From NCBI GenBank assembly GCA_964436255.1, contig CAYTBW010000005.1:6374-70373 (forward strand): a stretch of DNA of 64,000 bases, read 5' to 3'. The notes beneath the pieces were generated by a model. That model had not been told where the DNA came from. It saw nothing but the letters and a program-made list of their open reading frames with translations, and made no database searches. Each line of letters begins with the position of its first letter. The first letter of the stretch is position 1. Origin of the DNA: an uncultured Candidatus Saccharibacteria bacterium (GTDB lineage Bacteria; Patescibacteriota; Saccharimonadia; CAILAD01; JADZBC01). Shown in pieces: positions 37,708 through 46,609 of this stretch. Both the position numbers and the translations under genes were made by a program.

Positions 37708-37786
37708 TCTTTTCCCCTGATTCTGTTAGTGCGAGCGAGGAGAGAATCATAACAGATTCATGGCTGGTTCGCAATAGGATAAGCGT

Positions 37787-38179
37787 TCAGCCCGCGTCCC
37801 AGTAGCGAACGAAGGCTCCGCAGCTACCACAGTGAATATCGGCTTCGTGCCACATCATGCTGTAATTACGCATTTGGTGCGGTCCGGGGAAGCCACAGGC
37901 TTTGCAGCTGTTCGCAATCCTATGAGCTTCTTGGACTGGTCCAAGGTGCTCGGCGCAGTGGAGCGCACTCCCAACACCCGTGCCTTTGTTGTCACCGACT
38001 ATCTCCGCGTAGCAGTCGTGGCAGTAGCCGTAGACGGTCTTCCGGGGATCCTCCGTTGCATACATGAACGGGTAGTTCCCGTAGCCTCGGTGTACATGGG
38101 GGTCAGAATGGCCCTTCTCGCGTTCACATGTGAATTGAGCATTGTCGCCGATCGCAAAGTCACAGGTTTCTAGCTGCAT
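37787..38179 (-). CDS. Cys/His-rich putative zinc-binding protein
   Basis: Several CxxC and His clusters; SD TAGGAG. Confidence 0.65.
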   Translation of the reverse strand: MQLETCDFAIGDNAQFTCEREKGHSDPHVHRGYGNYPFMYATEDPRKTVYGYCHDCYAEIVGDNKGTGVGSALHCAEHLGPVQEAHRIANSCKACGFPGPHQMRNYSMMWHEADIHCGSCGAFVRYWDAG

Positions 38180-38284
38180 CTGATTCTCCTAAGTTGTTAA
38201 GGTGCGTTTTCATTCTGCTCTTGTGACCACACGAGACATAGCAAAACGTTTTGTACTGCTTGGCCTTGGGGTATACTTGGGCTT

Positions 38285-38947
38285 ATGCACTGGATTGAAC
38301 GCCACATACTCAAGCAACTCGCCTTTAACGACACAATGCGCTATAGCGAGCTCAAGCCCGATGCGGTAGAAGGTAATTTGTTTCAATACCACGCGCGGGT
38401 GCTAGAGAAGCAGAGTTTAATAAGTCGATCTGACGAGGGCTATAGCCTTACCGCCAAGGGTAAAGTATTCGTTGCCGATCTGAGCCAGATGAAGCAAATG
38501 GGCGTTCGTAAGTTGCCCCGTGCGGTCGTGATGATTGCGTGCAAGAATGACGCTGGGGAGTATTTGTTATTCAAGTGGCGCCGTCAACCGTACAGGGGGA
38601 TGGTGAGTCTACCGTTTGGCCGCCAGTTCTACGGTGAACCGCTCGACTGGGTGGTTAGCGAGCAGCTACGCTTAAAGACTGGTTATCAAGCTCAACTAGA
38701 GTTTATTGGCCAAGTGGACAGCATCACTTTGGATAAAGAGAGCGAGGCGGTTGATCATCTCGCGATTAGCGTATTCGAGGCTTCGGGGCTGACACGTGTC
38801 GAAACCCCCGACGGCTTAACAGGTGAAGCATTCTGGGCGCATCCGGGTATGCTGGACTCAGGCAACTGCCTGACCGGGTTTAGGGAGATTATTACGTGGC
38901 TAGGGGACCCCGGGCGAGCGCCGCTATTGAAGGTTTCGGGCTTGTAG
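38285..38947 (+). CDS. Winged-HTH + NUDIX-like domain protein
   Basis: ArsR-like N-terminus (YSELKP..NLFQYH..YSLT.KG); degenerate NUDIX (QPYRGMVSLPFG). Confidence 0.7.
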   Translation: MHWIERHILKQLAFNDTMRYSELKPDAVEGNLFQYHARVLEKQSLISRSDEGYSLTAKGKVFVADLSQMKQMGVRKLPRAVVMIACKNDAGEYLLFKWRRQPYRGMVSLPFGRQFYGEPLDWVVSEQLRLKTGYQAQLEFIGQVDSITLDKESEAVDHLAISVFEASGLTRVETPDGLTGEAFWAHPGMLDSGNCLTGFREIITWLGDPGRAPLLKVSGL

Positions 38948-39075
38948 ATGAGCAGTGCTTCTAAATGGAGCTAGGTCAAGGGCAATGATCTGGGTTGACT
39001 ATTTTAAAGACAAACTGAAGGGGCCCGCCAAATCCTTTACACTTGTCGTGCTTAAGATATGGCGGGCCCCGGTGG

Positions 39076-39411
39076 TCACTTCGGAGGCCCGAACCTCCAC
39101 TCGCAGTGCAACCAGGCGGCTGTCTTGACCTCGAGTGAGAGGAGGGCTGCTCTGGCGACTTGGTATCCGGCAGGGGAGAGGTCGTACCTAGTAGCGCTCT
39201 CGCCCTTGAACTCGGTGACGATGCCGGCAGATACGCGTTTCTCGAGCAGTGGGTAAAGGGTTCCGTCTGCGACACCCGTTCGAGCCATGATCTCACGGGC
39301 GGTGATGGGCCTAACTGCTTCGATCAACGCTGCGTAGGTCTGGAGCGATTGCAGGCTCTCGTTGATGCGACGCGGCTTGCTTGGCAGCGCATCTGGTTCT
39401 TCTACGTCCAT
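39076..39411 (-). CDS. PadR-like winged-helix regulator
   Basis: EIMARTGVADGTLYPLL..YDLSPAG. Confidence 0.7.
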   Translation of the reverse strand: MDVEEPDALPSKPRRINESLQSLQTYAALIEAVRPITAREIMARTGVADGTLYPLLEKRVSAGIVTEFKGESATRYDLSPAGYQVARAALLSLEVKTAAWLHCEWRFGPPK

Positions 39412-39472
39412 GCGGTTTCCTTATCCTCGATATACTTGGGTGGAGTCTCTTCTTCAAATTGCTGACGATTGG

Positions 39473-40027
39473 TCAAGCTGGCATAATCCCCGGGATACTC
39501 GTGTATGACACGTATTCGAACAGCTCGTTCCTGGTAAGGGAACTTGGGAATTGATCGAATCCAAGGATGGTGACCTTGATGTCCGATAGGGCAAGGATCT
39601 CCAGGATGGCATTGAATCGCTTGCCGTCGTTCGACGCCAAAACAATCTCGGCAACTCGATCTTGTCTGACGAAGTAGTCGATACATTCGACGATGTCTTC
39701 ATCGACATCGCTGTCTTCGGTGGTGCGCACTTTTGAATACACCCGATAGCCGAGCTTTTTCATAGTCATGACCCACCCGAGCTGCTTGAGGCTCGCATCT
39801 GGGTCGATTGGGCGGTTGACGAAGATCTTGGCGTAAAGCGTGCAGCCTTGCGCGGATGACTTCTCGCGTAGCCACTTCATCAGCATGTCCAGGCGCATGC
39901 GTTCGTTCGCTCTTGGGGCTCTTTCTCCCAGAGTCAAGCCGAAGCTTGCATCGACGTTTGGAGCATCCATTACGAATACAACGAGCTTTTTGCGTGTTGG
40001 CTTGCGGCGTTTCCTTGGTTCAGGCAA
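39473..40027 (-). CDS. NYN (PIN-like, LabA/DUF88) domain nuclease
   Basis: DAPNVD, SDVDED, LASNDG acidic motifs; VTILGF. Confidence 0.8.
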   Translation of the reverse strand: MPEPRKRRKPTRKKLVVFVMDAPNVDASFGLTLGERAPRANERMRLDMLMKWLREKSSAQGCTLYAKIFVNRPIDPDASLKQLGWVMTMKKLGYRVYSKVRTTEDSDVDEDIVECIDYFVRQDRVAEIVLASNDGKRFNAILEILALSDIKVTILGFDQFPSSLTRNELFEYVSYTSIPGIMPA

Positions 40028-40189
40028 GGGCCGAACCTTTCATTTCAAGGAGCATATACTGCTCATGGATAGGAACAGCAAAATTATGACACTAAACACA
40101 GGAAACTACAACCACATTGTCTAGTAAATGAAGGGCCCCCGGCAGAGCTCCTTCTGGGTAGAAGGGTTGCCCTGCCGGGGGCGTAGTTG

Positions 40190-40756
40190 TCATCGCTCGT
40201 CGAGCGGGTAGTTCCTCTCGTCGAGCGGGTCGTAGCGGCTCTCATCGAAGTCGTACCGGTCGAGGTCGGCCCGGTAGGCCGTCTCCGACCGGTAGGCATC
40301 GAAGGTGTCTTCGATGATCCCACGGATGGCCGCGATGGCCTCGTCCTCGCTGTCACACTTGATGACTTCGCGGTGGTTGCAGTACTGGTTGACCGTCCCC
40401 TTGACGCCGACGAGCAGCGCCTCGTTGTGGCCCAGCACATGCTTGTCGACACCGATGCCGCGGTCCCAGACGTCCATGAAGAGGCGGACGTTGATGGACG
40501 CTGGGTCGAGCGAGTAGCTCGACCTGAAGCGATCGGTGCAGCCACTTGGGCGCCAGTAGGCCTCACGGATGGCGTCAACCTTGCCCCAGGGGATGCGGTC
40601 GAACTCATCCGGCCACAGTTCCTGGGTGTAGATGAAGGTCGACCCGTTCGCTCGAGTGCCCTCCTGGTCGGCCCGGACGGAGGTTGCCGTCTCGAGCTTC
40701 TCGCGGATGACTCGCTCGAAGAGTGCGTAGGTGTTCGGGTCGATGTTGGTCTGCAT
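40190..40756 (-). CDS. Hypothetical protein (high GC, acidic repetitive C-tail)
   Basis: ATG 40756 with SD AAGGAG; GC-rich hairpin downstream. Confidence 0.65.
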   Translation of the reverse strand: MQTNIDPNTYALFERVIREKLETATSVRADQEGTRANGSTFIYTQELWPDEFDRIPWGKVDAIREAYWRPSGCTDRFRSSYSLDPASINVRLFMDVWDRGIGVDKHVLGHNEALLVGVKGTVNQYCNHREVIKCDSEDEAIAAIRGIIEDTFDAYRSETAYRADLDRYDFDESRYDPLDERNYPLDER

Positions 40757-40939
40757 GGTGTTGCTCCTTGCGAAGTAGGTACGGTTGCCCGTACCAGTTC
40801 GAAGGAACACACCCTGGTGTTCAGGTACGGGAGAGAAGGGTGGGGCCGTAGCCCTACGCTTGTCGCTCCTGTTCCCGAATGGTGTAACGGTACTTCATGC
40901 CCCACCTCCTTAGGTAGACTTGAGGGACGTGATGAGGTG

Positions 40940-40970
40940 TATAATAGCATAAGTATAATAAAAAGTCAAT
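40940..40970 (-). promoter_or_regulatory. Sigma70 promoter TTGACT-17-TATTAT (twin of 31686-31716)
   Basis: ATTGACTTTTTATTATACTTATGCTATTATA. Confidence 0.8.
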
Positions 40971-41023
40971 AGCCCGGCATTCATACAAAGTAAAAACCCC
41001 ACTTATTGAGTGAGGCTCTTACT

Positions 41024-41039
41024 TTGGCGGGCCCGACCG
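41024..41039. repeat. 16-bp duplicate of the tRNA-Asp 3' end (att-like scar)
   Basis: TTGGCGGGCCCGACCG, identical to 41184-41199. Confidence 0.8.
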
Positions 41040-41184
41040 TGGATTACTATAGGTATAATTTCCTCACATGCTCGAAGCTAGGAGGTAGCTTCTGCGCGTG
41101 CTCGTCATTATCGAACCGCGGTAACGAATAGCGAGCTGGCGCTCACCCAAGAAAAAACACCGAGGCAAGCTCAGTGTCTTTTCT

Positions 41185-41261
41185 TGGCGGGCCCGACCGG
41201 ATTCGAACCGGCGATCTCCTCCGTGACAGGGAGGCATGTTAGGCCTCTACACCACGGGCCC
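41185..41261 (-). tRNA. tRNA-Asp(GTC)
   Basis: GGGCCCGTGGTGTAGAGGCCTAACATG-CCTCC-CT GTC AC-GGAGG..GCCGGTTCGAATCCGGT-CGGGCCCG-CCA. Confidence 0.96.
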
Positions 41262-41496
41262 GTAGCGTTCTTGGCAGCACATAACTAAGATATAGTACCA
41301 AAAACAGGCTAGGGGAGCAAGGTTGGCATGCATAGACCCAAACATAAGAAATATACTTGAAAAGTATTGACAATCGGCGTATAATATTCAGCTGTTAGTG
41401 TTTTTGAACACATTAGTGGAGGTGGAATGAATACATAAAATAAAATGCTTTATTGAGTAACAAAAACGAACACAAAATTAGAACAAGGATTAAGCA

Positions 41497-41724
41497 ATGT
41501 TTTACAACTATGAACCAAGCAAAGAGCGAGCCATTAAGGTGCGCAAAGTTAAGCCTCAGGCCCAGGTCCCATACCTGCATGGCGAAAATGTGGTCAACAC
41601 ACGCAGTGAAGCAGTAAAGAAGTTTGGTGCTACATTCTTGCTAAAGCTGCCTAATGCCCCACAGGCCGAGCAGGCTCAGTGGGAAACCCTGGAATCCAAG
41701 TTGCAAAAGCGCCTTCCCAGATAG
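41497..41724 (+). CDS. Small basic hypothetical protein (75 aa)
   Basis: SD AAGGA; TTGAAA-17-TATAAT promoter upstream. Confidence 0.5.
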   Translation: MFYNYEPSKERAIKVRKVKPQAQVPYLHGENVVNTRSEAVKKFGATFLLKLPNAPQAEQAQWETLESKLQKRLPR

Positions 41725-41842
41725 GGAGTCTACCAGTTCGCCACAACATTGTGTTAAAATAACTCGCGTAACCCACGTGAGTTATTTTAGTTTCACGCAG
41801 GATTAATTTTAGGGTAAAATTTGGTACAATTGGGCTATATTA

Positions 41843-41916
41843 GCGGGTATGGTTTAGTGGTAGAATGCGACCTTCCCAAGGTTGAGATACGGGTTCGATT
41901 CCCGTTACCCGCTCCA
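41843..41916 (+). tRNA. tRNA-Gly(CCC)
   Basis: GCGGGTA..CGACC-TT CCC AA-GGTTG..ACGGGTTCGATTCCCGT-TACCCGCT-CCA. Confidence 0.96.
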
Positions 41917-42140
41917 TGACTGAACGACTGGCTGTAGCCAGGTGCACAGTCATATATGTACCAACCTTGGTAACTTAACAGGTTTGAGTTCCGTCAAAAT
42001 CAGACATCTTGCCTTGACATCGTGATAACGCGCGGTAAACCGAAGTGCGTAGCACTGTTTGTCAAGCGAAGAGGAGAATTTATGCCAAGGAGTGGAGCTC
42101 ATTGTCTGTTATGAGCGACTAAAAGGCATAAAATCGACGA

Positions 42141-42216
42141 GCCACCTTAGCTCAGTTGGTAGAGCGACGCTTTCGTAAAGCGTAGGTCGCCGGTTCAATC
42201 CCGGCAGGTGGCTCCA
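42141..42216 (+). tRNA. tRNA-Thr(CGT)
   Basis: GCCACCT..ACGCT-TT CGT AA-AGCGT..GCCGGTTCAATCCCGGC-AGGTGGCT-CCA. Confidence 0.96.
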
Positions 42217-42263
42217 GGAATTATCTCCCCCTAGCAGGCTCAAAATGCTATACTACTATCAAG

Positions 42264-42653
42264 ATGAAAAAGAAGCTTAAAGGCCAGCTTGGCCAGGTTA
42301 AAAGGCACCAGCTTTTTAGCGACACTCCTTTGTTAATAGTAGTCTTGTTCAACGTGGCAATTCTGCTGGGCCTGCTGTTTTGGAGTTTTAATAACATAAA
42401 GCCAACGGAACTATCTGTACCGATTCGGTTCACGAGCTTCGCTAACTTCGATATCCTTGGGAAATGGTATCAGCTCTATGAATTATTCCTGATTGCCCTA
42501 ACTGTGTTCGCCTGCAACCTTGTTTTGGCCTTAGTCGCACATTCTAAGCACCGCTTCCTGAGTGTTGTGCTGTTGGGGGTGAGCGTAGTGGTTTCAATTT
42601 TGTGCTTTGCTATGCTGGTTGGCTTTACGGCAATTAACTTCGGCGGGGTATAG
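42264..42653 (+). CDS. Three-TM membrane protein (DUF1648-like)
   Basis: VPIRFT..GKWYQLY between TM helices. Confidence 0.65.
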   Translation: MKKKLKGQLGQVKRHQLFSDTPLLIVVLFNVAILLGLLFWSFNNIKPTELSVPIRFTSFANFDILGKWYQLYELFLIALTVFACNLVLALVAHSKHRFLSVVLLGVSVVVSILCFAMLVGFTAINFGGV

Positions 42654-42656
42654 GTT

Positions 42657-44342
42657 ATGGCTCGTCGTACCATCCCGCGCATTTCACTAGGCTTTGCAGA
42701 CACTCATTGGTTTTATCGCTTACTCGAGATCGCCCCAGGCCTGCTCACCTGGACGATAATCCTCTTACCATTTTACCTAAGCTTCAGTGCACCAGTAGTG
42801 TTGGCATACTTCATTATCGCCTTTGATATCTACTGGCTGCTCAAATCGGTGCGCATGAGCACAAATCTGATCATAGCCTACAGAAGGTACAAGAATAACA
42901 AAACGGTCAAATGGGAGCAGCGATCAAAGGATCTAAACAACCTCGCTGCAGCATTAAAACAAAAGCAAGAAGAGTTTCTGGAAATGCCGCGCCCGACCAT
43001 TTGGCAGCGCATCATGCCGAACGCCGAAACCCGTCAGCGCAAAGAGCTGAAGCGCTACATTGCCGAGCTCCAGGTGCTCGCAAGTCACGAGGATTTACTC
43101 ATGAAGCCAAAAGACCTGTACCACATGGTAATTATGCCGTGCTATAAGGTGATGCCAGAGGTGGTTGAGCCGTCGATTGAGGCTGTACTTAAATCCAGCA
43201 ATGATGCCAAGAAGATTATATTTATTCTGGCCTACGAAGAGCGCGGGGGTGAGGAATCCGAGCGTAATGCAGAGCAAATGGCAGTGAAGTATAAGAACTC
43301 CTTTAAGACCTTCCGGATCGTTAAGCACCCAGATGGTATTAAAGGTGAGCTGCGCGGCAAAGGTGCCAACATTACTTTTGCCGGTAGGGCCTCCCTTGCA
43401 ATCGTAGAAGAACTTGAAATACCTGTAGGTAATGTAATTGTTACAACGTTAGACGAAGATAACATTGTAGACCCGAACTACTTTTCCTACCTGGCAGCCT
43501 CATACGCCTCGGAGCCGAACCGTCGCCGTAGGTCGTTCCAGCCGATCGCTATGTATTTGACCAATATATGGGACGTGCCGGCTCCTATGAGGGTGATTGC
43601 TAGCGGTAATTCATTCTGGAACATGATTGAGATGACTAGGCCACACCGCTTGCGTAACTTTGCATCCCACGGACAGGGCTTACAGACCCTGATTGATACC
43701 GACTTTTGGTCAGTCACAACCGTAGTAGAAGACGGCCATCAGTACTGGCGCACGTACTTTACTTACGATGGGGACCACAAGGTCATTCCAATGTATGTAC
43801 CGATCTACCAGGACGCCATAGAGGGTCGGAGTTACCGCCACGCGTTCAAGAATCAGTTTGTACAGCTGCGACGGTGGGCATGGGGGGTGAGTGATTTTGC
43901 CTATGCAGTGCGCGAAGCAGTCAAAAACCCGCGGGCTCCGTTTGGCGACAAGTTTGTACAAATAGCTCGCTTGCTCGAAGGCCACGTAAGCTGGGCTACG
44001 GCCCCCTTGGTGCTTGCGTACTACGCATGGCTGCCATTATTGCTCAACCCGTCCTTTAAAGACCAAGTATTAGCGCACCAGCTGCCAGTAATAGCGTCCA
44101 ACGTCCTTACTTTTGCCTCAGTCGGTATCGTAGCCACCATATGGGTCAGTCTATTACTCCTGCCACCTCGCCCGGCGCACCACAAAAAGACTCGATTCAT
44201 ATCAATGCTCCTACAGTGGCTGTTGTTACCTATTACGACCGTAGCATTCGGTGCGTTCGCAGCTCTAAACGCGCAAACACGGCTCATGTTTGGCAAGTAT
44301 CTGGAGGAGTTCGATGTAACCGAAAAGGGCATTAAGAAGTGA
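42657..44342 (+). CDS. Membrane-bound GT2 glycosyltransferase
   Basis: GKGANI, TLDED, VVED, QLRRWAWG (QxxRW); terminal TMs. Confidence 0.88.
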   Translation: MARRTIPRISLGFADTHWFYRLLEIAPGLLTWTIILLPFYLSFSAPVVLAYFIIAFDIYWLLKSVRMSTNLIIAYRRYKNNKTVKWEQRSKDLNNLAAALKQKQEEFLEMPRPTIWQRIMPNAETRQRKELKRYIAELQVLASHEDLLMKPKDLYHMVIMPCYKVMPEVVEPSIEAVLKSSNDAKKIIFILAYEERGGEESERNAEQMAVKYKNSFKTFRIVKHPDGIKGELRGKGANITFAGRASLAIVEELEIPVGNVIVTTLDEDNIVDPNYFSYLAASYASEPNRRRRSFQPIAMYLTNIWDVPAPMRVIASGNSFWNMIEMTRPHRLRNFASHGQGLQTLIDTDFWSVTTVVEDGHQYWRTYFTYDGDHKVIPMYVPIYQDAIEGRSYRHAFKNQFVQLRRWAWGVSDFAYAVREAVKNPRAPFGDKFVQIARLLEGHVSWATAPLVLAYYAWLPLLLNPSFKDQVLAHQLPVIASNVLTFASVGIVATIWVSLLLLPPRPAHHKKTRFISMLLQWLLLPITTVAFGAFAALNAQTRLMFGKYLEEFDVTEKGIKK

Positions 44343-45397
44343 TCTACTTGCTTGGCCTGGTAGCCGGCGCGCTCGTTGCGTTATTGCTCGTGCCATCTGT
44401 GCGGCGCTTTGCCTTCCAGGTTGGCGCGGTTGATGAGGTCTCCAAAGAAAAGCGCAAACTTCACACCAAACCAATAGCTCGTGCAGGTGGGCTGGCTATA
44501 TTCATTAGCTTTGTGAGCGTTAGCTTGGCGCTCATTAGCCAGGTCAGCACACCCTATATTGGCCTGCTTGTAGCTGGCACCATAGTCCTATTGGTCGGGC
44601 TAGCCGATGATATATGGGGTGTTAATCCTTGGGTAAAGCTACTCGGCCACACTGGCGCAGCACTCGTCGCAGCTATTGGCTTTGGCATCAGTATTGACGC
44701 CGTGAGCAATCCATTTGGTGAGACTTTTGTATTTTCTACAACACAATGGACGCTTGCCCTTGGTTCGTGGAGCGTTACGGTCAACGTCGTAGCCGTTGCG
44801 CTTACCGTCGTGTGGCTGGTGGGCATGACCAATACTATGAATCTACTCGATGGCCTTGATGGCTTATCGAGCGGGGTAGCGGCTATCGCGGCGGTCATTA
44901 TGTTCTTCGTGGCAGCAGGGCCGAACGTTAACCAACCAGATACAGCACTTATTTCGCTTATTCTAGCAGGAGCTTGTTTGGGCTATCTGGTTTACAACTT
45001 TTACCCTGCCAAGATCTTTAATGGTGATAGCGGGGCGTACTTTTTGGGTATGACCATCGGAATATTAGCCATTTTCTCGGGTGCTAAGCTCGCAACCGCC
45101 ATGCTGGTCCTCGGTTTACCGATTGTGGACACGTTCTGGGCCGTGGTGCGCAGAGTTGCGGCCGGGCGGTCGCCATTTAGCGCCGACAGGGGGCATATCC
45201 ATCATTTATTGCTTGATGTAGGCCTGAGCCAGCCTCAAGCCGTTTTGGTTATCTATGCATTCTCAATTGTTTTTGGCTCTATCGCACTGTTTGCCTCAAG
45301 TGCGCAGAAGATTCTAGCCTTTGCCTGTCTGGTAGTTATTCTGGCGGTATTAATCCTGTCCCTAACGCTCCTACGACGCAAAAAACAAGCCGCCTAG
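44339..45397 (+). CDS. MraY/WecA/TagO-family undecaprenyl-phosphate GlcNAc-1-P transferase
   Basis: GLADD, NLLDGLDGL, PAKIFNGDSGA, DRGHIHH. Confidence 0.9.
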   Translation: MIYLLGLVAGALVALLLVPSVRRFAFQVGAVDEVSKEKRKLHTKPIARAGGLAIFISFVSVSLALISQVSTPYIGLLVAGTIVLLVGLADDIWGVNPWVKLLGHTGAALVAAIGFGISIDAVSNPFGETFVFSTTQWTLALGSWSVTVNVVAVALTVVWLVGMTNTMNLLDGLDGLSSGVAAIAAVIMFFVAAGPNVNQPDTALISLILAGACLGYLVYNFYPAKIFNGDSGAYFLGMTIGILAIFSGAKLATAMLVLGLPIVDTFWAVVRRVAAGRSPFSADRGHIHHLLLDVGLSQPQAVLVIYAFSIVFGSIALFASSAQKILAFACLVVILAVLILSLTLLRRKKQAA

Positions 45398-45423
45398 TAT
45401 CAGATTGACTCCTGGAGGCGAAA

Positions 45424-45852
45424 ATGCTATGCTTTATGGCAAGAGGGAGTACGCATTTGACAAGCAAAAATCTGCAAGAGCTGATTAAGAACCTCCAGGT
45501 TTTCTACAAGTGTCCTTCCTGTGACGGCGGCTATCGACTCAATGACATTACATTCTTGGGCAAGGTGGACAACCACTGCTTCATGCAGCTGAACTGCCAC
45601 CACTGTTCATTGCCGGTACTCGCTACCGTGTTCTTGACTGAGGACAACCAGGTTGACCCTAAATCGATACCAAATCGACCTACGAAGCGCCGCAAAGCCG
45701 CCAAGACGGACTTAAAGGCAGGCGAGAAGGCTCGGTTTGCTCGCATGGAGCCCATAACTTCGGCCGAGATTGCAGATTTTCACTTGCAGATTAGTGCTTA
45801 CAAAGGAAACTTTGTGGACAAAGCGTCACCCGCACGCAAACGTAATAAGTAA
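45424..45852 (+). CDS. Zinc-ribbon hypothetical protein
   Basis: CPSC..CHHC; true start may be slightly downstream. Confidence 0.65.
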   Translation: MLCFMARGSTHLTSKNLQELIKNLQVFYKCPSCDGGYRLNDITFLGKVDNHCFMQLNCHHCSLPVLATVFLTEDNQVDPKSIPNRPTKRRKAAKTDLKAGEKARFARMEPITSAEIADFHLQISAYKGNFVDKASPARKRNK

Positions 45853-45863
45853 AAGGATTCAAC

Positions 45864-46544
45864 ATGACAGATTCGACTGCCTTAAAGGCGCAAAAACGTG
45901 ATATTAAAGGAAAAGCAATCGCTGGATTGCGCGCAGAAGGCAAAATGCCAGCTGTAATGTATGGTCAGGGCAAGGAAGCTAAGCTTTTGAGCTTCGACGC
46001 TGTTGAGTTTGGCAAAATGTACGCTCATGCCGGTCACAATACGATCTTGCAGATCGAAGTCGAGGGCGAAGGAACTGAAAACGTACTAATCCAGGACGTC
46101 CAGAACCACCTACACAGCATTACTCCAATTCATGCTGATCTTTATACGGTTAAGATGGACGAGACCGTACGCACATCTGTGCCACTACACTTTGTAGGTG
46201 AATCAACTGCAGTATTCCAAGATGGTGGTAGCTTGCTTACAGCTATTGATGAGCTCGAAATCGAATGTCTGCCAGGTAAGTTGCCTGCGAGTATCGAAGT
46301 AGACATTGCCGTGCTTGATGACTTCGAAAAGACCATTACTGTGGCTGATTTGAAGATTCCTGCTGGTGTAGAAGTTCACACTGAGCTCGAAGAGCTTGTT
46401 GCTAAGGTAGATGCTCCACGTAGCGAAGAGGAAATGGAAGACCTCGATTCAGAAGTTGGACCAGCTGCTCCTGCCGAAGAAGGCGAAGAGGGTGAAGCTG
46501 CCGCTGAGGGCGATAAAGCCGAAGGCGAAGCTACTAAGGAGTAA
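45864..46544 (+). CDS. rplY: 50S ribosomal protein L25/Ctc
   Basis: LRAEGKMPAVMYG, IHADLY, VPLHFVGE, acidic tail. Confidence 0.95.
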   Translation: MTDSTALKAQKRDIKGKAIAGLRAEGKMPAVMYGQGKEAKLLSFDAVEFGKMYAHAGHNTILQIEVEGEGTENVLIQDVQNHLHSITPIHADLYTVKMDETVRTSVPLHFVGESTAVFQDGGSLLTAIDELEIECLPGKLPASIEVDIAVLDDFEKTITVADLKIPAGVEVHTELEELVAKVDAPRSEEEMEDLDSEVGPAAPAEEGEEGEAAAEGDKAEGEATKE

Positions 46545-46562
46545 TCCTACCCTTTACCACTT

Positions 46563-46592
46563 AGAAAAAGGCCCCAACCGGGGTCTTTTTCT
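46563..46592. terminator. Intrinsic terminator after rplY (A/T tracts on both sides)
   Basis: AGAAAAAGGCCCC-AACC-GGGGTCTTTTTCT. Confidence 0.85.
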
Positions 46593-46609
46593 TTCCCTGC
46601 AGCTCACAC

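Noticed and set aside
40084-40972. Long overlapping ORFs 40084-40950 (-) and 40187-40972 (+), and similar overlaps at 29.7-34.4 kb
   Set aside because: Shadow frames expected in high-GC DNA; only one frame per locus has an SD, a promoter and protein-like composition.
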